A DNA stretch of 64,000 nt from Octopus bimaculoides (lineage: Eukaryota), in the NCBI RefSeq assembly GCF_001194135.2, contig NC_068981.1, forward strand, positions 134,705,465 through 134,769,464. The letters are read 5' to 3'. The translations under genes were made by a program, and so were the position numbers. Of the stretch, positions 25,446 to 39,447 are shown in pieces. How positions within the stretch are numbered: position 1 is the stretch's first letter; every line of letters starts with the position of its first letter. A model generated the notes under the pieces. The model was not told the origin of the DNA. It saw only the letters and a list, made by a program, of their open reading frames with translations, and did not search any database.

Positions 25446-25942
25446 TTGTTTTGTCCTGGTATAAAAGACAAGCTACAGCAAATATTCTGCTCAATACCAT
25501 AGATTTGCTTGTCAGTTGTTTGACCTTAACCTGTTGAGCATGTTCCTTGGTGGCTGACAATATGTGCATCCCTGATCATGAGCAGTAGTGGGGGAGCATC
25601 ATAGCCATGTGTTAAGAGGAATTCTTTGGGGTTTGGATAATTCATCTTTGGAAACGGGTGTTTCATTCAGCATCCTTAAACAACCCTTATTCAGGGACCT
25701 TTTGAACAGGAAGGTCTACTCAATCTGAAGAAAATTTTTGGGCCCCACCTGCAAGGTCATGTGCTGTTTATGTTGATATGAGGTCACCATGTCGTGCACA
25801 TATGGTTGTGATACATGTACCTGGTGTGTACCCTTATCAGGCAGGTAATCTTGATGGGTATACTGGACTTCATATATTTTTCTCCAGTGTCACTTTGATG
25901 GCATGCACTGCTCTCTCACTCAATAATAATACTAATAATAAT
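25446..25942 (+). mobile_element. Unclassified interspersed repeat, probably a LINE 3' UTR, flanked by (TAA)n
   Basis: A ~500-bp GC-richer block between two (TAA)n tracts, ending ctctctcactc-(AAT)n; no recognisable ORF. Confidence 0.45.
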
Positions 25943-26879
25943 AAAATATATATACGTACATATGTATAAACATAAACAAATGTGCATACACACTTACACA
26001 TATTGAAGAAATAGAGTTATCTTCCTAACTCTATTTTCATGACTGATTAATACACCCATAAAAATACATTACACTAATAATCATTTTAATATCACTCTAC
26101 AGCCCCATAACCTAGCAGTTCTGCAAAAGATATCTATAAAATAAGTACTAAACTTTAGAAAAATAAGTACTGGGGTTGATTTGCTCAACTAAACTCTACT
26201 AGGCAATACCCCAGTGTAGCCACAGTCCAATAACTGAAGCAAATAAAAGATAAAAGATAAGATATATAATACATTAAAAGTCAGTTTCAATCTTGCTTGC
26301 CTGCTTGTAATGTTAATCAGCAAAACTGGTGCATAATGGGAAAATACCATGAATTAAGTTTACCCTGAAATGTTAATATGAATTGAATGAAACAAGTTTT
26401 GCATAAATCGGTAAAGTAGTTTTCAAGATATTAGGGATTTTCAGGCTATAAATACTCAAAATGGTGCGTAACAGAAAAATGTTCCGAAAATAAGCTTCAT
26501 CCTGAAAGGGAAGAAACTCTTATGTGAGTTGACAATGGGAAAAAAAGAGCAATCTTTTTTTTTTTCAATTTCTATTTTTGCATTTGTTAAACACAATATT
26601 CTAATCATTTAGAAATATTTTTAAATGAATGTGATTTCACAAATGTAAGCTGTTTGTACAGTAAGTATGTATATTTTAACTTTCTTTAAACAGACAATAT
26701 TTCAATATTTTTAAAAATTATTTTCAAGTGAATACCATTACAAAAATTGTTTTTGGCATATTTAAAACATATTCTAAAGTGAAAATGACTTAAAAAATAT
26801 GGTAGACATTTCGTAAAAGACCTGTTCGTAACCTCAGTGGGAAATAGTTTTTTCCGAGTGCATTTAACTTATCTCCCCT

Positions 26880-27075
26880 CCAATATTTGACTGCTATTTC
26901 TAGCACGCCTTACTACCACGTAACAGCTATTTGCGATAAAGGACCCAAAATACCTGTTACATGGTAGCTGGGCGTGCAAGAAATAGCAGCCAAATCTTTC
27001 CAACCCACGAAACAAAACTGTGTTACTGGGAAACTCAGAGTTTCCCAGTGACACAATGGATCACGGGTAGTCTAG
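26880..27075 (+). mobile_element. Possible Helitron 3' end
   Basis: 18-bp palindrome 27019-27055 (one mismatch), then 16 nt, then CTAG|T at 27072-27076. A 41-bp imperfect inverted repeat lies upstream. Confidence 0.45.
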
Positions 27076-27119
<44 letters not shown>

Positions 27120-29399
27120 TAGATAGATAGATATACATGTAAGCGTGAGTGAGCAGGAGTTTTACCTTTTTTACTTTAGTTAGGACTTTTTGTGTGTTTT
27201 CTTATCAGTTCTTTGCATTCAAAGCATTCAAATTCTCCGCGTCAAGCGAACTACAATGCTCTTAATAAAATTCCTAGTTTCTATAACTGAGCAAACTAAT
27301 TTTGAGGATAAATTGGTTATTGTTGGTATGTTACTGCCATTATATAATAAACAGGAATCATATGATTGATATAATATTGTGTCACCATTGCTGGATTTCA
27401 AATTTTGACTATCAACGATTCCAGGTCTCTTTCAGGAATCAGGAAGTGGCTATTGTTTATTACTAGCACACTCTATCAGTCTGTTAATATTTGCCTTGCA
27501 TTTTCCTATTAATATAGCTTACATGATTAATCTTTACCTCATGAGGGATTCTAAATAGGATGGTTGCACTATCAACTGATGTTTTCCTATCTAGTTTTAT
27601 TTTGTGTTGCATGATGAATGTGTTCTAACGGCTCCTTGCTATAAATTGTATTTCAGTGAGCTGATGAAAAAGTGTTGTATTTGTATGGCTAATGAGGAAG
27701 TTAAACAAGGAACCATTATTTTAGCTAATAGTTATCTATTAATAATGCTCTCTGGTAATGAAGAAAGACTATTTCCTGATCCCTGGAGTCAATGGACAAC
27801 ATTTCAAATACAGCAGTAATGGCAATAACACACCACCAATAACCATTTCATTGAGCATGAAGATGTAGAAACATCAATGGACCTAGAAACTACACTACAT
27901 TCCACATAAAATGGAATGGACTAATAAGGAAATAGGAAAACCTTCAATAACAATATATCAGTTGAACTGTTAAGCAGTTTGCTGTGCGGCCATTGGTTTT
28001 TAGGTTCTACTCCATTGTGCAGCACTTAGTGTAATTGACTTCTACCCTAGCTTCAGATTGGCCAATGCTTCATTAGTGGATTTGATAGACAATGAATTTC
28101 TGGAAGCCTTCTTATGTATGTTCCTTTGTATTCATATATATATATATTTGTCATGTATAATGTCAATAGGATTATATATCTGGACATAGGTTTTCACTGG
28201 GTTTTTGGTCAACTGTACTTATCAGCAAATCGTGTGTGTTTAATTAAACATGATGATATTGTTTATTTAAATAATGATTCGTTATTGCATCTATAGGCAA
28301 GTGGTAAATAAAAATTTCAGTTTCATGCCTATTCCAGAGTTGAGTGAAATCAGTGTTCGTCATTGTCATCACTGTCATCATCTAATGCATATTTTTCTTT
28401 TCATGCTGACAAAACCATCCGTACTGAAAATTGAAAGTGATTCACTGATGTGATTCTTTACAAATTTCTTAATGTATCATTGCATACTTAACAAACTCTG
28501 GTATTGGATTGATGACCGCTGGGCATTATGTATCATCATCATCATTATTTTAAAACATATTTCTTTGAAATCTGCATGAACCTGTAAGCATAATTTTATG
28601 CCTACAAAGTAAATCCTAATTCAAATCTTATTGATGTGAATTACATGGTTACTTAGCCTGCTAGAAATAACCATGGAATTTCTTCAAATCACACCTTGAA
28701 ATGGATGGACACATTGGAGAGTGCAATCATAGATGAACTGTATCTGAAAAAAAAAATAAAACATTTGATGATCAGTATGATGAATATCTATCATTGAAGG
28801 TATGCTTGATCAAGGCTGTCCTATGGCTAAACAACTCATCAGAATTGTATTCTTACCAGCACTAAATGAAGGTTTATTATTTTATGTGACAAAGAAACTA
28901 TAACATACTACAATTTGTATGTGTTAACTGTCAAGCATGTTCCAGTGAACTACTAAAAATAATTGCAAAAAAATTAATTATAAATTAATTTTATGAGCAA
29001 ATATAAGCATTAAATTTATATTTTTAACGAGTTGACTTTTAGAGAGGAAAATATCACTAATGATTATATATTAACAACACTATATAATCCAACCTGTAAA
29101 TTATTAGTTTGAGACACTAATTAAGTTATTTTGGATAATTGTCAACACTATAATTATGATGATAAGGATAATGATTTTAAGCAAAAGCCCCAAAATATTT
29201 CCCTACTTTATAAATGTATATAATAATAATTTTGTTGATATTTATATGTTTCTCTTATTTAATATGTATATTACTCTAATTATTTGATTTCATCAGAGTA
29301 TTTAATATCATCAATTAAAAGTTCCCACTACACAAAACATCTATCTACAATCATCTTCAGCTGACCTAATAAGGCTGTAATAAGAATGTTTGTATTATA

Positions 29400-29790
29400 A
29401 AGTCTTTTATATTCAAACTTAGCAGAAACAAGGTACTTGAAGACAATCTGAAAATGTACCAACTGAAATGCAATATAGAGAGAAATACTATAATGGCTTC
29501 TATTCCTTGGAGTTGGTAGGTCTTGTCACTCAGACACTCCTGACTGTCTCGTCTCTCTCTACTTCTCATCAACTGTGTTGTATCCAACTCCCCAGGTTCA
29601 TTTTCAACCGCTATGCCACATGCCTCCTCCAGAATCTCTTCTGGAATCTCCCTGTTCTTGTCTTTCCTTCAAGTTTATATCTGCACCAGTTTAAATGGAA
29701 CATTAATAGCATAATTCACCAATCTCGGAGGACCTATAAAAACCAAAAGCACCATTGCCCCTTTCTCCAACTCCTGTAAGTAAAAAAAAG
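29400..29790 (-). mobile_element. Possible old RTE-like LINE 3' remnant
   Basis: Purine-rich minus strand with EGKTRTGRFQKRFW, resembling the RTE EGxRxRGRPxxxW motif; weak. Confidence 0.3.
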
Positions 29791-30155
29791 ATGGGATTAA
29801 TAGTTTGATGACTTCAAATTATTCTAAGAATAAATCATTTTAAAAATATAGACAAGTATTCATTTAGTATCTCTTTTTTCTTAACAGTTGCCATTCTAAT
29901 TTCTTATTTGAATCAAGTGTTAGGAAGGGTATCCAGCTATAAAATTATCTTTGTAGCTAATCTAGGTAACAAATTAGCCCATTTAATCTATACTATTATG
30001 CGCAAACAAATTTTAAAATGTTAAATTACAGGTATCTATTTTAATAACTTCATTGAAAGAAGAAAGATCGTGTTACACACACATCATTTCCTTTTGATAG
30101 TTTTTCTCTATTAAACATTTAAGTTTAGTCCATAGATTATCAGCAATGTATACAA

Positions 30156-30300
30156 AAGTATGGTTCCATGTCTCTGTAAACATCATAAATAATAATAATA
30201 ATAATATTTTTATTATTATTATTATTTATGATGTCTACAGAGACATGGAACCATACTTATTTGCAGAACCAGTTCCATGTCTCTGTAGAGACATGGAACC
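30156..30300. repeat. 49-bp near-perfect hairpin followed by a 12-13-bp hairpin made of the same unit
   Basis: Arms 30156-30204 and 30210-30258 have one mismatch; 30272-30284 pairs with 30287-30299. Confidence 0.95.
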
Positions 30301-30930
30301 ATAATATTTGAAGAACCAGTCGTGCAGAAATATTTCTGATCACATGTTTTGGATAGTGCTTTCACTATGCATACACTACATGTACGTTGTGCATTGCATC
30401 CAAGAAAAATCACACTCTTGTCTCTTTATCACACTACTCCACTAACACTTACTATTGCTTTACTACAACCATCTGAACCAATTTACTTCACATACAACCC
30501 ACCTCTCTTCCCCCCACTCCATATCTTACCTACCTGGCACCACAGCAAATGCTATACACAGTTTTTTTTGTTTGTTTTTTTTTATCTTTTCAGAGCTGCA
30601 TATTGTTGAAACTCCTCCTCCTTTTGTTTTTTCTATAAACCAGTGGCTTTGGAACATTCCACCTGAATAATGACCACATCATCATCTGTAGATTATATCA
30701 GTAATAAATCTAATTGAGATTTGTAACGAGTCAGTTCTTGTGACAGATAATCACACTTTTTATAGGAAGAAATATTTTTACTGTTACAAGAGGCTCGTTT
30801 TAAGTAGCACGTTCACAGCAATAAAATTCATCTTCAAATATTTAGAGTTTTCACCTAATAATACTCGACCTCTTACATTAAGAAATTACAACTTTAATCA
30901 ACACACATATAAAAGATTTCTTTAATTTAT

Positions 30931-31016
<86 letters not shown>

Positions 31017-31247
31017 TCAGTTGTCACTAATTGTGACTGACAGTACAGGGTAGGTCCTACATTGCTAGAAATAAGAGTTAAAAAACACTTAGCTGCAAGG
31101 TGACATTTGAATTTTTCCCTTTTGGTTTTATATTGCATATAGCTGCCTTTGTTATTCTATATGTATGTGTGTGTTTGTATGTGTGCATATATATGCATAT
31201 GTGTGTGTGTGTGTGTATATGTATATATATATATATATGTATATATA

Positions 31248-31294
<47 letters not shown>

Positions 31295-31607
31295 NNNNNN
31301 NNNNNNNNNNNNNNNNNNNNNNNNNNNNNNNNNNNNNNNNNNNNNNNNNNNNNNNNNNNNNNNNNNNNNNNNNNNNNNNNNNNNNNNNNNNNNNNNNNNN
31401 NNNNNNNNNNNNNNNNNNNNNNNNNNNNNNNNNNNNNNNNNNNNNNNNNNNNNNNNNNNNNNNNNNNNNNNNNNNNNNNNNNNNNNNNNNNNNNNNNNNN
31501 NNNNNNNNNNNNNNNNNNNNNNNNNNNNNNNNNNNNNNNNNNNNNNNNNNNNNNNNNNNNNNNNNNNNNNNTATATATATGCATGTGTGTGTGTATATAT
31601 GTATATA

Positions 31608-32552
31608 CACAACATGTAGTCAAAAAGTATCCAACCTTGATTTTCTTTTTGCACAAAATAATAATGTGGTAGTAAAATCCACATGGGTATTAGGTAGCCA
31701 CATCCGTCCTGAGCATGTGCAAAAAGTTTCATGTCTGCAGGTTGCACCATTCGCCTGCAGTGATGCGGTGAGTATAGATGTGAAGAGTGTGCTGTATGAT
31801 TTATCTTTTCAAGTCAAGATGACCAAGCACATTGAGCAAAGATACTGTATCAAATTCAGCCAAAAACTTGGTGATATGCAAGTCCAGACTATCAAGAAGA
31901 TTCAGAAGGCCTTTGGAGATGATGCTATGGAAAAAACACAAACAAAGGAGTAGTATAACCAGTTCAAAGATGGCCGCACCTCAGTGGACAGTGAGCAATG
32001 TTAAACTGATGATGACCTGTTTTTTTTTTACTACAGAAGTATTGTGCACCATGAATATGCACCACAAGGTCAGACAATTAACAAAGAGTACTACCTGGGG
32101 GTTCTTCATTGCCTCCATGAAGCCATGTAGTGAAAACAACCTGACCTGTGGGCAGCAAAGAACTGGCAACTCCACCATGACAACACACCCACTCGTTCTG
32201 CCCATGTCATCCAAGCATTCCTCGTCAAGCAAAACACACCACTTGTTCATCAGGCTTCCTACTCCCCAGACTTGGCTCTGTGTGACTTTTGGCTATTCCC
32301 AAAGCTGATAAAAAAAGCACTCAAAGGGAGAAGATTTGAGTCAACAGAGGACATTAAGCAAAATTCGATGGCACAGCTCTACAGTATCTCAAAAAGGGAT
32401 TTCCAGAAATGTTTCCAGCAGTGGCAGGAATGCTAGCAGAAGTGTGTAGACTCCCAAGGTAAATACATTGAAAGAGACTAAATCAAAATGGTGAGTTTTT
32501 TAATATTACTTGCTTTTTGTCCAAAGGTCAGATACTTTTTGACTATACCGCG
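31608..32552 (+). mobile_element. Mariner transposon, internally deleted and inactive
   Basis: MTKHIEQRYCIKF..KLG helix-turn-helix start, later LHHDNTP and YSPDLALCDFWLFPKL. Inverted termini share TAGTCAAAAAGTATC..ACCTT; TA at both ends. In-frame stops; the first catalytic Asp region is missing. Confidence 0.93.
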
Positions 32553-33877
32553 TATATGCATATATATATATAGATNNNNNNNNNNNNNNNNNNNNNNNNN
32601 NNNNNNNNNNNNNNNNNNNNNNNNNNNNNNNNNNNNNNNNNNNNNNNNNNNNNNNNNNNNNNNNNNNNNNNNNNNNNNNNNNNNNNNNNNNNNNNNNNNN
32701 NNNNNNNNNNNNNNNNNNNNNNNNNNNNNNNNNNNNNNNNNNNNNNNNNNNNNNNNNNNNNNNNNNNNNNNNNNNNNNNNNNNNNNNNNNNNNNNNNNNN
32801 NNNNNNNNNNNNNNNNNNNNNNNNNNNNNNNNNNNNNNNNNNNNNNNNNNNNNNNNNNNNNNNNNNNNNNNNNNNNNNNNNNNNNNNNNNNNNNNNNNNN
32901 NNNNNNNNNNNNNNNNNNNNNNNNNNNNNNNNNNNNNNNNNNNNNNNNNNNNNNNNNNNNNNNNNNNNNNNNNNNNNNNNNNNNNNTATATATATATATA
33001 TATATGCATATACGTAGTTATATACATATACATATAATACATATATATACATGCATACATATGTGTGTATATATGTATATGCATATTTGTTTGCGTGTGT
33101 GTGTATATATATATATATAAACTTATTGAGCAAAAGTTTAAAAGATGTGTCTAGAACATTGATTAATGGACATCTGGAAATATTTTTGAATTTATAACAA
33201 CTATTGTTACAAAAATCTTAAGTTAAATATTTCATGTGTTTCCTTTTTCTAATTATTCTTTTATTTTACCTTTTTTTAATTATTCTTTTATTTTACCTTT
33301 TTATAGGATTTTAGTTTATTTTTGCAATTAACAACTATGTCCCTCAACCACCCTGTACATTAAAGATGACTTCAAGGATATTTTTACTATATATTAAGCA
33401 GAGATTCATTTTATTCAAAATTCTACAAGTTCGTAATAAGTTGGGAATGCATCCTTTCTGTATGCATTCTAATTAATCCTTTATGTATGATAGTAAGAAC
33501 AATGAATTTGTGAAGGTTGGCAGTTTTCTTGTTCATTTCCTGGTTATTTTTTACATTAAGAGAAATTACTCTTTTTTTTCTCTTCTTGTCTTCGTTTTAT
33601 TTTATTTTATTTTATTTTATTTTTTTATTATTTCTCTTGCCCTGCAGACGTTGATATTACTATTCAGTATGGATATAAACCTTTATACCAGCCACGGTGA
33701 ACAAATCTGGAAGACTTCTTTCTTCTTTCTTATTTCATCACTATTAGAATATATTCATATAGTGTTGCTCTTGTTTCCTTCCTTTCTAATTTCGTTGTTA
33801 TTTACCAGGAAATGAACATTTATATCATATTTCCTGAGAAGAGAAAACATAATAAGCATGAATTTAGTTTCAGTATG

Positions 33878-33949
<72 letters not shown>

Positions 33950-34138
33950 TATATATATGTGTGAGTGTGTGTATATATATTAAATGCAGTTTGCTATTTT
34001 ATTTCAATTTCTGAGATGAATACACAAAAGATAATGCATGTGTATGTCTACATATGCATGCACATATACACAAGTTCAGTTGAATAGATTACTAAGGTCA
34101 GCAGAGTACATTGATAGAGTCAGATTAAAATATATTTC

Positions 34139-34297
34139 CCAATAATCTTCAAAAAATTTAGGAATTTTTGCCATCATTTCCAATAATTCTTTTAAAAAAT
34201 TTTGGAATTTTTGATCATTTCCAAGAGTTCTTTAAAAAATTTTGGAATTTTTGCTATCATTTCCAATAATTCTTTCAAAAATTTTGGAATTTTTACT
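34139..34297. repeat. Minisatellite, ~42-bp unit x ~3.8
   Basis: Unit CCAATAATTCTTT.AAAAATTTTGGAATTTTTG..ATCATTT. Confidence 0.9.
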
Positions 34298-34421
34298 TGA
34301 CTCACTATATCATACAACTTTAACCTTCATGCTGTATGGTGCCTACCTTTAAGATTCCAGTTGAGGACTAACTTATCTATTTTATTAATAACCACTGTGT
34401 TGCCACGACTCCTTATTTCAG

Positions 34422-34502
34422 ACATGTTGAGAGAAAACCCATTCTGAGAAGAAATTTTGCTTATTACAATCTGACGGGTTTGGAGAAAGACGTCCGTGAA
34501 AG
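34422..34502 (+). CDS. SLC4A2: SLC4 exon (81 nt, phase 2 to 2)
   Basis: Acceptor ccttatttcag, donor GAAAG|gttggc. Continues LLLKHK with HVERKPILRRNFAYYNLTGLEKDVRE(R), giving the expected KHKHV junction. An in-frame stop follows the donor after three codons. Confidence 0.75.
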
Positions 34503-37500
34503 GTTGGCTTAATTTGTACTGGTATTCGCATGTCTCTCTTAACTCTTCTTCTTCAAACAATGGATATTTAATACCCATTAACTTTGTGGACTATTGTTAC
34601 TCTCTAGTAGGGAGGTGTGCAGTATGGTAAAATCTATTTAGAATATTCCTTTACATCCTTCCAATTTAACAATAAGTTTCTGTTGTTATATAAAAATACT
34701 TTTTTTCAACCAAGGGATCATTATTAGACCCCTTTTAAAATCTTATTATGAAAATCTTGTTATTTTCCTGGCAGAAATATTCTGTGCTACATATTAGGTA
34801 TACCAGTAATTTTATGTGTTCAGGCCATTTACGAAAGTAATAATTTGTAATAAAAATTGTTTTAAAGAAGAATAATTGACCACATTAACATCTAAAATTA
34901 TTGGAACACATCAATTTAATGGTCTCCCCCCTTCAGTGATTATCTTGAAAACAGCTCCTCAACTGTAAAAAGATGTTTGACTTGGATTTATAAAAAAATG
35001 TCACAGTAACTGTATATTACTGGGGGTTTTTTATGTTTTTTTTTTTAAATCTAAACTTCCATGCAACTTTGTTTAATGTGAAAGTAAAGACGTTTAGCAT
35101 CTTTTGAGATCTGTGGTTTACTTTTTTGGAAATTATGAATAACAACAAAGTAAATTGTTTTGTAGAATACATAATTATTTAGTGGGTTGTGCTATTACAG
35201 CACACAGTTTTAAAAACTGCTAGACACATGTGAAGCACATCACTTTGTCTATTTCAATATATTCTAACAGAATACAGTTTGAGGCAGAGTTGATATAAAA
35301 AAAAAGTCTCTTCTTGTAAGATTATTCAATAACTGAACTAATTGACTAAGTCAAGTTGCTAATGTAAACACAGTAATTTCAAATAAATGTAGTTAAATCT
35401 GCCTTAAGAGAAACACATTACTTTGAGGAGATTCCATTCTCATAATTCTAAAGCAAACAGCGTTATCATGCTTTGACCAAATTTGTTGAATCCATGCCAC
35501 AACTACTCCACACCCAGGCAGTTTTATGTCTTTGTTACTCATTTCTCAATATCGTTATGTGCTCAATTAATTTTCTTATCCAATTATATTATACACATAC
35601 ACACATACATACATGTTTAAAGTTTAAAAGACTTCAGATTATGTAATTATAATTTAGTAATATTTTAAAATTACATACCTTAGAAAGACTTGAATTAAAA
35701 AATGGTTTCTGTATTTGAAAAACAAATAGTCCTTTTTTGTACTTTTGTTTCTAAACTATTTAATGCATGTCATTCTTTCATGTGGAATCCCTTTTTATTC
35801 TTGATTTATTTGCTTGACTGTTTTATTCTTTGTTTTGGCCTTCTCTTCAGTCTACTGTATTCATAAAACAACTTTTTTTCTAGATTTTTACTTAGAAATT
35901 TCCAATAAGTTATCAATATTTTCATAATCTTAAACTCTTAAGTAAATATAAAGCTACAATGAGAAAAAATTATTGCAGGAGTATTTTCAGTTTAACAATT
36001 TTATCATAAATTACTACCAAACAGATACATAATAAAATGAATATTCTATACATTCTTCTTCATAAAACTCCAAGGAGAATTCTTTCAATCCTTCATTGGT
36101 AGACCATATTGTAAGAATAATTTGGCAGTTTTCCCAAAATTTCATTAAAGAAAATAGATTTACATTAGTTATATCTACTGTAATAGTAGAGAGAGTTGAA
36201 ATATTAAGCAGTGTGGTTGCATTTTGATATGAAATTTTGAATAATATCAGTTTTGATTTACAAGGATTTTCTCCTGAATATGATGATTCAAATATCATTA
36301 ATTGTAATTAAATATTCCCATTTGGCTCTTTCAAACCAAATCTTTTTATTTAAATTTCAAGAGAAATATCTCAGAAAGCAATTATATTGAGGAAGAGCTA
36401 TCTTAGAAAGATATTTATACTTTTACATTCTTTTTGACGAGGAAGCTTTCTCTATCAATATTTTAATCTTTTCATATAAATATGGAACAATTATTGGTTT
36501 GTGCTGAAGCTCAGGTAAAGGAAAAATACTATTTACATGCCCAAATGAATAGCATTAACACAAAGACCTTTTAAGTTGAAGTACTTAAATATAGGCTTCA
36601 TTGATAAAATCTGTGCATGTATGTATGCTTGTATATGTATGCATACATACATGCGTGTGTGTGTGTATGTGCATGGGCATATGTGTATATGAAAGAGAAT
36701 AAATCTTAAAATTTTTATAGGAATGAGGCTTTTGTTAAGAGATGATCAGTTAATCTCTGTTTCAAAGGAATGGATGTATAATAGGAGAAATATATTCAAC
36801 GATATGGATTTTCTGTATTGTGAATGTTGAATAAAATGTCTAGTGGCTAAATTTATCCCTACTCTGTTGTAAGTTATTTAATACTAGTGTCTTAGACTTG
36901 AAGCCACCGATTTCAGAGGAAAGTGTGGAATGACATTGTAGGATGTTCATTTGCTTGCACCATGATTTGAAACCTAATCATAACACAATAAGAAACCACC
37001 ATGTCATAGCTTAATACTAAATTTGTATACAATGGCCAGCTAACTAATAAAATGAGAGAGTTTCTCTCTTCCTTTCCATATTATTAACTTTTATGATAAT
37101 GGCAGCAGATGTGTACATCAAAATAAATGGTCACTCAATGGATTCACTTAGTTGTCTGTGAAGATGCTGGCCCTACAAAATAGAATTCAATGGAATTTTG
37201 GTGACATCTTCAGTTTGTAGCAAGAAGATTACTGATCCCATCAATATCAATTATTTTGTTGATTATTAATTATCCAACCTCACTTGTAGTCAAATAATTT
37301 AAATTATCATGTAACAACAAATTCTAAATTTATTGGGTTTACCAACAAATTACAATAGTAAATTGGTAGAAATTTAATTATATTTATTCATTTACTTATC
37401 TATAGTATTCCAATATCATAGTAGTAGACTGGCAGAATTGTTAAGAGTTGATCAAAATATCTAGTGGTATTTATTCTTTCTGACTACATTCCAAGTTCAA

Positions 37501-39408
37501 ATCCTGTCAAGACCTCTATCTAGAGTTTATAAAATAAAGCCCTAATCAAGTATTAGGAATGATTTAATCAACTACTGCTTTTGTCTTCCAGTTCAGCTGA
37601 GAATCTCAGATGAATCTTCTTGGGACTGCTTGCTCTTTAAGAGCAGATGAATCTGTTAACCTTGCCAGCCACTGTACTCCTGTGAGGAGCAGTGATCTCC
37701 AGTATTACTAGACAGTGAGTTTGGTAAAGTTAATAGAAGAAGAATATAAGTGATTTATGTATAACTATTAAAAATTATGTCATAGGAAAATAAGCTTTCT
37801 AATTCTGTTAATTACTCATTTTACTTAGTACAACCTTGTAGAAATGTAGTTGTTAATAACCAGATGTAGTAATAAATTATTCAATATCAGATTGTATGTA
37901 AATTGTGTGTGTACTTGAGTCTATTAGACCTTCTCATTCATAATGTTATCTTTCCTGTTAGAGAAAGCAAAAATATAATCGCTCAAACTTAAGTTTAAAT
38001 TTTCCAAGGAAATATATCACAATATTTTTAACAAACCAATCAAATCCAATGTCTGAGGAAAATGGTGACAGTTAGTTGATAGGAGAGGTCATAAAAGAAT
38101 TCAGTAAGTTTACTTGTGATGAATGAGGAACTTAATATTTCGAGCCTTTGCCCTTCATCTAAAAATCAAAGCCTAAGTCTCCTTTTATAAATAATAAAAT
38201 AATATATAAAAAAAGAAAGGAAAGCATTCAGTATGACAGTAGCAGCAAAATGTATCACCTATGTGTAGTACTTTACGAGTTAGTAATCATGCAAGAGAAA
38301 CAACTGAAGCTCTGTGAAATATTCAAGACATGTTTGGTAAAATATTGTGCATGTGAGAAATGTCAGAATGGTAATAAAGGTTTAGGGATGGTAACTGTAG
38401 TTGACAAACAACATGTTATTGATGACCTATGAAATTTGATTATTGTCAGTGGCACTTAAGGAGGAATTTTCTATGACTGTTAAATTGTTCTAAAATGTCA
38501 ATGCATGTTCTAAAAGCAGCTATAATATGGTAAAGAGCCAAATGTAACAATTAATGCCACTTGAATTGTCAGATGTATAATGTAAGAGAGCTTCTCAGAA
38601 CTCTGCGACTTCCAAAGTATCTTTTGACAGTTTAATAATAAAGAGTGGGTAATCTATTAAGATATTAAGATTAAACACAGATCCTTTGACTGCAGCTTTT
38701 TGGAAAGAACTAGAATACACTAGAATGGAAAGCAAATCTTCATCCTGATTAAGTTTTGTGCTTAGTTGAGTAAAGCTGGTATAAAATATTGTAACCCAAT
38801 TATAAAGCTGGTATAAAATATTATAGCCCAATTAATCATACAGTAACCATCGGAGCCCATTTTCAAGAATAGGTTCAACTGAACTATATGCTAAAATTGA
38901 GAAAAATATTCTTTGGTTCTCCAGAAAACAATTGCTCCATTGATGAAGGTATTTGCTTAGGAAAAAAACTTGTACATACTCCTTACTTTTGCTGTTTTCA
39001 TGATACAATCTATGTAAAGGGTTACAAAACAATCTTAAATTATCAGAATTACCTTCACAGCAGATGACATATCAAAATATAATACAATTTCTTATACATC
39101 TTGCCACAAAATCAGTTGAATTTCATTAACTGTATTATTGTGTTTGTTGTTTTGCCTTTTTAAATCTCAAGTTAAAATGTCATTACTTATAAAATGACCA
39201 TACACAGAAACCAATGATACATTCATAATGTATGTAATGTATTATGTTTTCAAAACATAGAATTAGTAAATATTCCTTCAAACTTGCTTTTTTTAGTGAC
39301 TCGAACTTAATTTCAACTGAAATAGTTTAGAAAATATTTTGGCATCTATTGCATGTTGATTTATTGCAGTATTGTAAATAATAGCACAATGACTTATCAG
39401 TAGTCTGT

Positions 39409-39447
<39 letters not shown>

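Noticed and set aside
21735-33133. Long ORF-track entries rich in YI/IY/CV/X (also near 44800-45300 and 52050-52840)
   Set aside because: They are translations of (TA)n and (TG)n microsatellites and N-gaps, not genes.
34327-34578. 83-aa minus-strand ORF
   Set aside because: It is the antisense shadow of the + strand exon 34422-34502.
37592-37705. Acceptor-like TCTTCCAG followed by GC-richer sequence and GTGAGT
   Set aside because: There are stops in all three frames from this acceptor, and it directly follows a degenerate SINE.
38772-38835. Short tandem duplications (32 bp here; 24-bp period at 40993-41039; about 26 bp near 33250-33302)
   Set aside because: These are ordinary slippage duplications with two units and no spacers. 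They are not CRISPR-like, and the DNA is eukaryotic.
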